Positions 47,601-53,763 of a stretch of DNA of 64,000 bases are shown here, in pieces; position 1 is the first letter of the stretch, and each line of letters opens with the position of its first letter. The notes under the pieces are model-generated. The model saw only the letters and a program-made list of their open reading frames with translations. It was not told where the DNA came from and did no database searches. This stretch comes from Hormiphora californensis (Eukaryota > Animalia > Ctenophora): NCBI GenBank assembly GCA_020137815.1, contig CM035357.1, forward strand, positions 3,286,001-3,350,000, given 5' to 3'. The translations under genes and the position numbers were made by a program.

Positions 47601-50600
47601 GTCTCGAGTCAGTTCAAACCGCGAGAGTATACACTGTATGACTTTTCAGTATGTAGGGCAAACCCCCTAGATAAATAACTGACTCGAGGAGAAGCGTTGC
47701 GCAACGTAGGAACGCGGTAGCATACACTCAGAAAACCCTATCCCCTCCGAGTACTTCACTTACAAATACTAATCAACATCTCTTCATATATAGCAATGTA
47801 TTGGACAGTGATACTAATACTACTGGCATGGATAAACAAATCCAGGGCTGGTACGAACGACTATATGATGGATGAAATAATCATAGGAGAAGACACAGGA
47901 GTTTCCATGGAGGCAGTAGGATTCTTACTAGGACGAGATGGAAACCACTACCGGTCTATTTTCCTGAAATTACAAGACCCGACAGACAAGATGGACCTAT
48001 GCAATCAACTCTGTCCAGGGAGCGTGAACAAGGCGGTAACGCAATGGACAAGAGCCAGACAGATGACATGCAAGGTTGGACAGAAAAAGGGGAAGACATT
48101 CGCCCCAGAACTACGACGAATTCGACACGATGGAGGAATCCCGGCGAACGTATGTGTCAAGACATGTTTACTAGACCCATTCTGCTTCCAAGTTGGAGTA
48201 ACGGCTACTGAATGTGTACTGCGACCACGGGAGCTGACGGACGACGAGATGGAAGGGGCGACTACGGACTATGGAGAGTATGGGATGAAGTGTTTCGCCG
48301 AAGCCAATACGAAACAGGCGATGTGTGAAGCAGCAGCGAAAACAGCGGAGGAAACCCTTCTACTGGAACTAGATAGAGAGAACCGGAAATTTGTACAGAA
48401 AACATGGGATAACTTGAACGCACTCATACCGACAGAAAAGGGAATAAAGAAAAGGGGTGTGAAAGATTGGTTACTAGGCGGAGGAACTGGCCTAAGCCTA
48501 TTAACTGCTGGATATGACTTATGGGCCACAGTGAAACTGAAAAAACATGTGAATGAGATACAGCAGGAATTCGAAGCGTTCAAGAAAAACCAAACTAGAT
48601 TCGACAAGGAGCAGATCAAGTTCAATGGGAAAATTTTGGAAGTGAGTCAACATTTGGAACAGCGTATAGAAAGACAAGAATGCCGAAGCGACCAGGCGGT
48701 GTGGCATCTACTAAACCAACGGAGGCTTTCGGAATGGAAAGACTATATGCAACAACTGTATCGGGGAGTCCTAGCGGGGAGTCAGGTTGGGGAGATATCA
48801 CCCATTATATTTCCAAAGAAATACATGGAGAAACTGGTGAGAGATGACACCAGTCTGGCCAAAACAGCGTACAAAGAAAATATAGCACTAGCATACCGAC
48901 TTGGACTGCTGGCGGTAGTTAGCCACGGCCAGGGAGAAGGACAATTCGCTATTCACGTGGTGCTAAGTTTCCCAGACCTGGGAACACAAGGGGTCAAAGA
49001 AGTATACAGGGTACTGCAAACGGGGGTAGCTTTTAACGGCAGTCAATGTGGAAGGTTCGAACTACCATCTGTCGTGTATAAGGAAGAAAACAAATTTTAT
49101 GAAATGGAACAAGCAATTTGCGAAACAAAGGCCAACCTGCACCTATGCTGGGGAGGATCAGGAGCAGGTAGGAGAGAAGTGTCTTGCCTGTCAAACAAAG
49201 AGGAATGCAAAATTGGATTAGAGAAATGCAGTACTCAAGTTAGAGAGAACAGGGCAGGATTACAGGTACGAACCACAGAACAAGTTAGAGCAGCAATGTT
49301 AAAAACACCAGATGTGTGGAAAAGAGTGGACATGGGAAAGACAAGGACAAAATTCTTCAATAGATCACAATACGCAGGAGTGATGGTGGGAGAATACGAG
49401 AGAAGCATGGCACCGGAGAAACATGAAATCAGGGTCACAACATTACCAAACCCGGACCAGTGGAGGGAAATAATAAGTCAACGATGGGAGACTCACCAGA
49501 GAGAGAATATTAGTGATCTAGCAACGATAGTACACGAGCAGAAACAGATAGTAAAAGGGATAGTGGAATCCGGAAAGATAAGCGGTGGAATGAAACTAAC
49601 GGATTATTTGGCGATTGCAGCAATGGTGATGGCCACGTTAGGGACAGTAGGGCTAGTGACCTACCTGGTGGCCAAGCACAAGATGGCTAGACTCAGTGAC
49701 GACGAACAACGAGTGAGATATAAAGTTAAAAGAAAGAGAAAATGGGACGAGAATGAAATTGAAGAAGAGGTGAAAAGGGAATCAAAGAGGAGGAGCATAA
49801 CGTTAGACGATGAATCAGAAGGAGACGAGAACAAAGAGACGACACAATTTCTGGAGGACACAGAGGACAGCGAACCAGAGGCAGCATACCGAACAGCCCA
49901 ATTAGATTTGGATCAGACCCTGGAACAAATTCCACTACAAATACAACCAATCGCACAAAGTACACCTAGACGAGTGACACAAATTCGAGGACACCAATAC
50001 CAACCGACAACGATGACACAAGCACTAGCGATAGTACATCGAAAGAATACGACGAGGTGAAGTGATAAGACGAAAAGACGAAAAAGAGATAGTGAGACTA
50101 TGAACTACTATTTTAAACGTTTTAGAAGACAATATGTGAAATATAGAAGTTAAAATGAATATGAAAAGCTATAGACTGTGCTAAAAATATTAGAAATAAT
50201 AAAAAGAGATAAGTAAAAAGTGAAATTAGTAATATTGGAAGGAGCGGTGGAGCGGGCTTGGTTTGGCTTTCGTGAGGAGGGGGGTGTACGCGGATAAACC
50301 GCGGCAGAAACGGAGTAGTTAGACTAGACTACTCGACCTTTTTTCAAAGACTCAAACGCAGACGGCCATCTCCAGAATTACGGGGTGGGAGTGAACCAGA
50401 CTACTCGACCTTCGACCTTTTTTCAAAGACTCAAACGCGGACGGCTATCTCCAGAATTACGGGGTGGGAGTGTACGCGGTATCCCGCGGTGCATATCATG
50501 ACGAGACTCTCACCAGCGCTGAAGTCAGACTCTCTAACCGTTGGAGAGAGAAAGAGAGATCTAGATAGATCCTTCCCTAACCACAGCGGAGAGGGAGAGC

Positions 50601-52247
50601 TGTATGGACACTCTGTCTCTGCTGTGCGCACACTTGTCTCTGCTTGTTTACCTCATGACGTGGGTTAGCAGAGAGGGAGAGAACCATTATAGCGGATCAA
50701 CGCCTCGTGATGCCCATCATCACAGAGAGGGAGAGCCGATTATTGCGCACACTTGTCTCTAGGGGAAGAGATAGACGGCTAGGGACCGATTAAGTGTGAC
50801 GCCCAGCGTCACACTTATTTTGCATTCTCCGGAGACTATATAAGGGCGGGCTGTTAGCTGCCATTTGTCTTTTGTTAGAGACCCAACCCAGAGGAAACCC
50901 AGAGGAAACCCTTCTCAACCCGCCTACCTCAGAGCTATTGCCTAGCCATGCTCTCCGCTCCTCTTCCTGCCAAAAGCCCGTGTAGATTTACCTATATATA
51001 CTTATACATAGAAGTTAGCTAGATAGGATACCAGTGCTCTTATTACATTTAGTAGTGCCATTATTAGAGTGAGAATATATATAAGGGTATAGAACATATT
51101 GTAGTTGCTTATCTATTTATTACCCACAACCCTGTGTTTGATATTCTATCCTCGGGTAGAGATATACTGAGTACCATAGCGGAGCTATGGAGGGGGGTTA
51201 TGCGTGACTCAGTAGACGCGGACGTGCGCGCGTGAAAAGCACCCAATGTTAGCATTCGAGGCACACCCATTCTCTCCCAGGGACGAGTGTTGAGCGGGAT
51301 TTCGTTGAAGCCCCATCACAAATGCTGGAAAATTGGTGCTGGGAACCGGAGAGTCTGAAGTTGATGTCCGGGCACTACAAGGATGGCAGTGCCATTCCAG
51401 ATGAGCTGTTGTCCAAATTGGTGGCGAGCAAAGCCGCTAATGTTGCTACTAGCACATGCAGGTGAAGGTGTTTTTTGGATGATGTCCAAGGGTGCACAAT
51501 AACAACTTTCTCATGCTTCCCCATTGCAATATTTCCTACCCACCCATCTCTACTCAGTGTTTCTCTTCTTTGTCCTCTCACCCCCTTCAGGCAGCTACTA
51601 TTTCTTACCCCTTATTTTCAGACAGTTAGTGTTCGGGATGTTTGACCAAGATATCCACACCCGAGAGAGCGCTGATACGGCAGCTTGCTTTAGTGCCGCT
51701 CACGAGAAGGTTATGGGAACCCGGCACCAGCTGGAACCAACTTTGCGGCACAATTCGGGCACATGGCAGGTACAATTGTGATTCTTCTTTGTCTCAAGAT
51801 CTGATTTCTAGACAATGTCTAGTAGACATTCACAATTATTTTAATATCTCAGCCCACATAAACAAAGACTATCAGGCGGACCCTTAACCGTTCAGTCCTT
51901 CCTAAATCAATATTTAATAAAACACCTTATTACCCCATCTCTATCGACTATCTTCCATCCCCAGACCCCCTATATTACTACCCATATACTTCTTTCAATA
52001 CCCATCTCCATCAGGTGGTTACGATGCCCAGTACTACGGCTACATGTGGAGTGAAGTCTACTCAGACGACATGTTCCAAACCGTATTCAAGGACGCTGGT
52101 GTCCTCTCTCAAGAGGCAGGCCTGAAATACAGGACATCAATTCTTCAGCCTGGTGGTTCAATTGATGCGTTTGATATGCTGAGGAATATGCTGGGACGGG
52201 AGCCCAACAGTGAGGCATTCTTCAAAGCCAAAGGGTTTGCTGTGTAG
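20928..52247 (+). CDS. Thimet oligopeptidase / neurolysin (peptidase M3A); exons 20928-21116, 21263-21374, 21495-21615, 29535-29638, 29877-29969, 30164-30318, 30572-30694, 30823-30954, 31159-31609, 51281-51461, 51622-51769, 52015-52247
   Basis: [27 protein letters not shown], zinc motif [49 protein letters not shown] junctions. One 1-nt frameshift near 51720 (probable assembly error). THOP1 versus NLN orthology cannot be resolved. Confidence 0.92.
23464..26535 (-). CDS. LDL-receptor class A repeat-containing GPCR (GRL101/LGR-related 7TM, no obvious LRRs), intronless, antisense in peptidase intron 3
   Basis: Signal peptide; multiple LDLa motifs ([43 protein letters not shown]); 7TM with TDFCCWMPF and [12 protein letters not shown]. 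Confidence 0.9.
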   Translation of the reverse strand: MWRVYLFVLIAGHHCIVNCHANNCNITEIGPILTDMCSRENATGYTQFRCYNSNFTFDAYARFTMGHRTRYTLVTGLCPDDSAVYQACVVKYLFDDLWWGFNKYYKAQLFDSRPVCGRLCWNDVYRGYLYTDDQQCPGDKEIQEFTYTLPRSPQDTFPIRPSLVCDGKCDYWAPSWNCVDELDCNGLSYGVVIPGFGVYPTSVYLFGDTSHIPEFRNLTFEGTCESNEITVQLYPLSNRSRCFYLLKHAAVGVSYSHPYCINGHDQTNCSYSGFVAGQCKVNGFPTTISVHMLCVKDMPIVCDNKLDGECVTTDRHCRLHKHRLCDGHSDCSSDADEKLDVCSRLTNRKCKRIMTQVKTMLPIPYNWVQDGVVDCVGGEDEDFTSWERCGTGSTNRVQKDGKCKDVFLCRPEEKFTFLELEDVCSITSSACGGKVCGISNQAVKRSSVTETFDGDKRIIRSGWCHKGLETFRQLIGDRCTEKDFTHPFHEFFGKTQATQLILSTVKQDCRYFYGNQYVYQSCSGQCRNEKCPLQKPILHSSCGNIENVRYSIAQPGVTVVKKDRHGYHNNVFACNTNLCIPFSKVCDLVDDCGDGSDEENCENSVKCQGSSKYIVISQMCDGAIDCPDLSDECNSVCHRKSIENIGIMVCAMVMGIVGTVLSGAQIIRSLFFDEPSKKDSLFVNKVLSNLIALGDLLTSLYLLILVTFNWANQNSFCEEQLAWVSSFSCQSIGIISTTGTTITSLSMAVVSLFKLQGATRGLRYKRSKDISQKFKKKVFAMVVAIIFIAVSFAITPIISAFEDGFVNGLTYEGANQLFLGVMTKEKLLTIIQGYHGTRMITRSETGLSWARIRSIVSSMFTTDNGGIQHRELSFYGNDPVCLFKFFVLPDDPQVTFVWLYISLHFVCFLTVALCHTVIGVLVARSKPPEGSNLASKLNQKIMLVCATDFCCWMPFLICCALHTTEVFDMSPWYQVFSLAILPINAVINPLLYNIECFIAALDFCKKRLRIRFQVEPAIPANGN
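27940..28722. repeat. tRNA-derived repeat in inverted and tandem arrangement (tRNA-like units at ~28000-28074 minus, 28077-28152 plus, 28286-28362 plus)
   Basis: A box TAGCTTAGTGG, B box GGTTCAATTCC, acceptor-like stem GGGTTTG/CAAACCC, T-run downstream, non-canonical anticodon arm. 27940-28212 is a near-perfect palindrome. Confidence 0.75.
31624..32357 (+). repeat. 5' LTR (TGTAC...GTAGA)
   Basis: Near-identical to 50471-51216. TATA-like ctatataaggg at ~31985; palindrome taagtgtgacg-ccca-gcgtcacactta at 31940-31966. Confidence 0.95.
32360..32435 (-). tRNA. Full-length tRNA-Thr(TGT) sequence with encoded CCA, occupying and extending the LTR primer-binding site
   Basis: Reverse complement GTCTCCA TA GCTC AGAGGTTA GAGC A CTGGT CT-TGT-AA ACCAG GGGTC GCGAG TTCGATT CTCGC TGGGGGC T CCA forms a complete cloverleaf, 2 nt from the LTR end. 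Confidence 0.92.
32456..35321 (+). pseudogene. Gypsy pol (RT, RNase H, integrase with GPY/F), multiply frameshifted in this assembly
   Basis: [36 protein letters not shown] at 33107-33118, [15 protein letters not shown], RNase H FTDASG and [51 protein letters not shown]. Confidence 0.92.
35318..37307 (+). CDS. Low-complexity charged/Pro-rich extension downstream of integrase (four ORF fragments, probably one frameshifted reading frame)
   Basis: Abutting ORFs 35318, 35840, 36418 and 36765 with similar composition, ending PPPRRSKRL. Confidence 0.45.
38795..39235 (+). CDS. Element accessory ORF A, 146 aa, bZIP-like (NLSAANRSK plus three heptad leucines)
   Basis: Frame is open from the acceptor at 38760-38761; basic helix followed by L-x6-L-x6-L. 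Confidence 0.45.
   Translation: MKFTRKKYPEITAMIEEAPPQPEDILQDEPPRRDLNEVEALKEVQEEQQKRIQIKHNRRRRKEDDRMIWKLLRANPSFTIKLTSNLSAANRSKEYHAIKVKLTKRYRKLFKKCRQLNSKVNGNTEEIFAAMIEGEEIPGRIELCEK
39766..40314 (+). CDS. Element accessory ORF B, 182 aa, unknown globular protein
   Basis: Clean ATG-initiated ORF of normal complexity between AT-rich spacers; no motif recognised. Confidence 0.6.
   Translation: MAGVLHEYRVRRVPKTKIQLGNNAPITIEELSGKVDEGINSWEESDSWKIYPDFTEITDIDGARSAWYEFLWFSGFFTVRHSFCRMIKGSGDVMINPELKTFPPFTRPLRAEGSITGYRFDLDTLFTPPEGDEEPEKCHNLHGLIIPSRKLMGMFFACAAEFVPLNPMFIEMQQDNEYERGC
41058..41996 (+). CDS. Element-encoded terminal nucleotidyltransferase (Cid1/Trf4/GLD-2-type non-canonical poly(A)/(U) polymerase), 312 aa
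   Basis: Pol-beta motif FFGS-x9-SDID, third Asp in [13 protein letters not shown] helix, [10 protein letters not shown] (GGxSSY) and QIRDPFE (PAP-associated IEDPF). Confidence 0.85.
   Translation: MTSYLEHKMGTDLIKEEKVQQYRIKQAMGDLEELLREGKWRHRFFGSTQNRTVVRGSDIDVLIWAEQSATETMRNLDRNKGKAFKFVKKVNKLGVLTLRHEAGIKIDFCCATEDDRKERVLWNSNLIKWYTEEKLFQITVKSIKTLFEGTPVLQASLGGVSNYAITLVTRAVLEENRIVKEAHLEERRKRNSERQNLGETSAIMTMLRFMGDSTEGMDNCTIDLRKNLGEKIERGSPQIRDPFEVKDLYRTQTDGVREIRWNIVSYYVQQLPVRRWRDVKKDVVNASKAWYELPRKTRTRAYFDVEELNDRI
42345..42929 (+). CDS. Element accessory ORF, 194 aa, highly charged with a bZIP-basic-like C-terminus
   Basis: [16 protein letters not shown] fits the N-x7-R basic-region pattern; no zipper follows. 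Confidence 0.5.
   Translation: MNGREDGVDPEFVNEILQILQILASLPIPDVCTTSSASERAVGKGEEGRHLEEEKVEKEPERSWDGTVPTDEAEGINERKEERDKEWKWKEDQRKERKQDSETMEEHKAQYEETIEKEREERNRKVKERKRERDRIYQANKRAERREYRNRYGIDMIKRKKEGPKTRNAVYSRRYREKKKERQEIMKYLGKERE
43882..45393 (+). CDS. Element accessory ORF, 503 aa, acidic body with basic C-terminus (putative nuclear regulator)
   Basis: Long intact ORF with an E/D/P/S-rich N-terminal part and C-terminal [27 protein letters not shown]. Confidence 0.6.
   Translation: MEEIENMYGQATPITDVTNPFVCDPYNVERIEPMSPNYVIAGTDRPVLPCILRKDMEEETSKALSRLTVSSVHSSCNSHDSLQGPQPSTEYIEAEEPMEEGVAGEQTLHSPEVGEVATLSLSTTPYMDISAEVLPCTEEDGVEKGYEMEDLLKELTGEILDLQCPPLQGTPVTFSPTASPKQQEAGPEVSEDYPDWLVQLLEAKIEPEEGYSSSRDMEWDGTDERGNGDNTCCQGTSMEMDEPRTENSVLVLGKCREEARMLDLDKSAVGKVSTRERCWNKTVYESKVYSELQAHTTTNSQPTSPEYKKGEDGPERVHRRSNREGAEMDRPHLTSKEWVDWILSREGEEEVYTWIDNISETRMDRFAKEMESITLEEATEDGRKMKKEKLNVEITGIKQGARVPVKDVAMENSDDETQPGINTETEIIVNVEGRAVISVSAEILRTLQGFEQSNKQQRRKKRNIAAQREKGRLRTIKYRVRRRWKKEIGLSMMTMLQSTLTNN
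45678..47387 (+). CDS. Envelope 1: class III viral fusion glycoprotein-like (chuvirus G / herpes gB / rhabdovirus G type), 569 aa
   Basis: Signal peptide; [12 protein letters not shown] and [10 protein letters not shown] putative fusion loops; [12 protein letters not shown]; central helix [29 protein letters not shown]; [25 protein letters not shown]; Trp-rich C-terminal membrane segment and basic tail. Confidence 0.75.
   Translation: MTASMILIVGMATTIMAKEMVSPRICQDKRGGAIYRLPPLLNCDEEKFDSWEIRLWKKNIKEYTGNIKGVKIIRRTCTTKVGFLGDKEVLKKKTYEILPQDTVDTLFRQGSCVNPNGYATLSSGGKDFKCPGEWMKTKTAVVMECLHYEGSIVKRHGQPGRTDLTSFHGCAYETGRCRAKDGMYLRWTPEEIEKEEYTLQGRYSAVKTGDHILIPKLAMVLTVSEGEGPWESGVFRIERIKEEGPDNATVKMAGNPDGIEALREEMNARLEYLAETMKSPRAKLEYLCDIWNQVRKNERVVASRSPTKYAQLKLGYDEMIAKTTGEYLMVYPCQRVNEWKWGNKTNRCWEEVPIQYKLSKDTKWTEGYLDPKTNIITRRGTESQCRGRGIVTEIGDKLESHTQHGVQDINTTNVVTLDDAISGIPMIDFLDAEWAYDESELTNTELDRITDKTDISKPGDEEPEINRNPHGMWKLVGLKTLSWDAVLNWVWLWFTRIVCLIYTTQTIGKWMWKIGENKLREIKWKKQQRKRNVWFSRRQPRRRSDISRERSEDSEDEDESSEGEVVWGP
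47796..50060 (+). CDS. Envelope 2: class I F-type fusion glycoprotein (paramyxo/baculovirus F / errantivirus Env-like), 754 aa
   Basis: Signal peptide; basic cleavage site GIKKR followed by a Gly-rich hydrophobic peptide [19 protein letters not shown] and a heptad helix; Cys-rich middle; membrane-proximal heptad; [25 protein letters not shown]; long cytoplasmic tail. Confidence 0.8.
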   Translation: MYWTVILILLAWINKSRAGTNDYMMDEIIIGEDTGVSMEAVGFLLGRDGNHYRSIFLKLQDPTDKMDLCNQLCPGSVNKAVTQWTRARQMTCKVGQKKGKTFAPELRRIRHDGGIPANVCVKTCLLDPFCFQVGVTATECVLRPRELTDDEMEGATTDYGEYGMKCFAEANTKQAMCEAAAKTAEETLLLELDRENRKFVQKTWDNLNALIPTEKGIKKRGVKDWLLGGGTGLSLLTAGYDLWATVKLKKHVNEIQQEFEAFKKNQTRFDKEQIKFNGKILEVSQHLEQRIERQECRSDQAVWHLLNQRRLSEWKDYMQQLYRGVLAGSQVGEISPIIFPKKYMEKLVRDDTSLAKTAYKENIALAYRLGLLAVVSHGQGEGQFAIHVVLSFPDLGTQGVKEVYRVLQTGVAFNGSQCGRFELPSVVYKEENKFYEMEQAICETKANLHLCWGGSGAGRREVSCLSNKEECKIGLEKCSTQVRENRAGLQVRTTEQVRAAMLKTPDVWKRVDMGKTRTKFFNRSQYAGVMVGEYERSMAPEKHEIRVTTLPNPDQWREIISQRWETHQRENISDLATIVHEQKQIVKGIVESGKISGGMKLTDYLAIAAMVMATLGTVGLVTYLVAKHKMARLSDDEQRVRYKVKRKRKWDENEIEEEVKRESKRRSITLDDESEGDENKETTQFLEDTEDSEPEAAYRTAQLDLDQTLEQIPLQIQPIAQSTPRRVTQIRGHQYQPTTMTQALAIVHRKNTTR
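50471..51216 (+). repeat. 3' LTR
   Basis: Follows the PPT and precedes the CGCG TSD; differs from the 5' LTR mostly by small indels. Confidence 0.95.
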
Positions 52248-52469
52248 AGTTGTATGTAGGTGTTGAGAAGTATTTGATGATGTGTGTTTGTATAATTTAG
52301 GGTTAATTATATTTTGCTTTTTGGTTGCAACTTATTATTTTTATTATTGCCCCACAATTTCCCCCCTTGATCTCTTTCCCCCGGAATCCTCTCTACATAT
52401 CTTTGCCAACTAATATTTCTACGTTCACCATTCCTTCACAAATTCTCGTCCTATTTTAGCGTGGCATGT

Positions 52470-53689
52470 TCAGTGATCCCGGTTATACTGTCACCGAAGA
52501 ACCATTAGATCCCATTCCCGACTAAAACGGCTACACCAGAGAAAATTACTGATCCGAAGTTTGAGTGAAATTAACAAGTCTATTGATAAGCGTCTGTTCC
52601 ATATCAGTAAGAATGGGCTGGGAAAACTCCGAGAAAGTATGAAGAGTATCGATGTGAGTAAACTACCTAGATCGAGCCAGAGGACCCGATTGAGAAGGGA
52701 TCACCGAAAAAGAACGTTCGGGATTCGCCTAAAAGAAGACTCATTCAGTTTCCGCAACGGTCTCGTGCTGAGAGCGAACTTGCTTTACGAGGGACGGAAC
52801 TAAATGTTTCAAAGAAGGAGGAGTTTTTCACTATTATCACCCCTGAGGATGCGATACGGATGGAGGAGGAGGAGGAGGAGAAGGCAAGGGAGGAAAAGCA
52901 GAAGTGGGCGGAGGAAGCTGAAAAAGGAGCTGAAAAAGAGGAGGCTGGAAGAGCGGGAGAAAAGGAAGATCGTGGAAAAGATGAAGAGAGCCGATGAGAA
53001 AAACAAGGAAGTTCGAAAAGTTCATGGCAGAACAAGAGAAAGAGAGAGAAATCAAGAAGATGAAATTGGCCAATGAAAAGGACCAAAAGTTGTTGAATAA
53101 ACGAGAGGGTTTCTGCAAAGTAACAGTAGAGATCCCTATCGGTGTGTACGTGTGTTCGCCTCCAAAGAGGAAGAAACTACATCCCAGCCCCCCACTTGGT
53201 AACGAAGTTACCCCTGATCCCTTGCCGGTGCGCAAAGCGCACCCTACGAAAGTCGCTAAGCGGCCCGAGTCAGATACAGAGTGTGAGGTATCTTCGATAC
53301 CAAGCCCCTCACACTCACAGGGCTGGGACAGCTTTTCCGAAGAAGAAGAAGTAGAAGAAGAAGAAGAAGAAAAAGAAGAAGAAGAAGAAGAAGAAGAGTA
53401 CCCGATGCTTCATCCCTCTCATCCCAGCCTCTACGAAGAAGTAGAAGAAGAAGAAGAAGAAGAAGAAGAGTACCCGATCGTTGTTTCTCCAAGGATTAGG
53501 AAGAAAGTTCGGGATATCACGCGGAAAAGGCTTGTTCAGTACCCGAAACTCTCTCTTGCTGAGATTATACCTCCTAATTTCGTTATGGGAGGGCCCATGG
53601 AGATGAATGTCTCGAAACAGAAAGACTTCTTCACAATAGCGGTAGCTATGCCTCAGGAACCGACCGAATCAGAAAATACTGGTCCCTGA
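52470..53689 (+). pseudogene. Degenerate/frameshifted tandem paralog of the 54209 gene
   Basis: Shares KSIDKRLFH.S.NGLGKLRE.MKSID, FFTIITPEDAIRME, RLVQYPK.SLAE..PPNF.MGG blocks with 54755-55330. Frames are broken and two MITEs are inserted. Confidence 0.65.
53195..53304. mobile_element. 110-bp CTTGG..CCAAG MITE inserted in frame
   Basis: cttggtaacgaagttacc / ggtatcttcgataccaag; flanks cccccca / cccctca. Confidence 0.7.
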
Positions 53690-53763
53690 TTGGCTGATAA
53701 CCAGTCACGTGACCTAAATAACGAGTTCTGATTGGTTGTTTACTTGTGTCGGTTCGGTTCCTG
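53654..53763. mobile_element. 110-bp hAT-like MITE
   Basis: TIR caggaaccga / tcggttcctg; 8-bp TSD ctatgcct / ccatgcct; it supplies the stop codon of ORF 52994-53689. Confidence 0.8.

Larger units (their letters stand above)
31624..51216 (+). mobile_element. Giant (19.6 kb) envelope-bearing Ty3/Gypsy LTR retrotransposon / endogenous retrovirus-like element
   Basis: Paired LTRs, CGCG TSD (31620-31623 and 51217-51220), PBS, PPT ggggtgggag (50461-50470), pol order RT-RNaseH-INT, accessory and env ORFs. It interrupts a host intron. Confidence 0.95.

Noticed and set aside
44402-49965. Antisense ORFs overlapping the accessory and env genes
   Set aside because: Expected shadows of purine-rich coding strands; Ser/Leu/Phe-rich with no motifs.
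51715-51725. Peptidase pseudogenisation or programmed frameshift
   Set aside because: A single missing base in an otherwise conserved gene, in an assembly showing other indel noise, is most simply a sequencing error.
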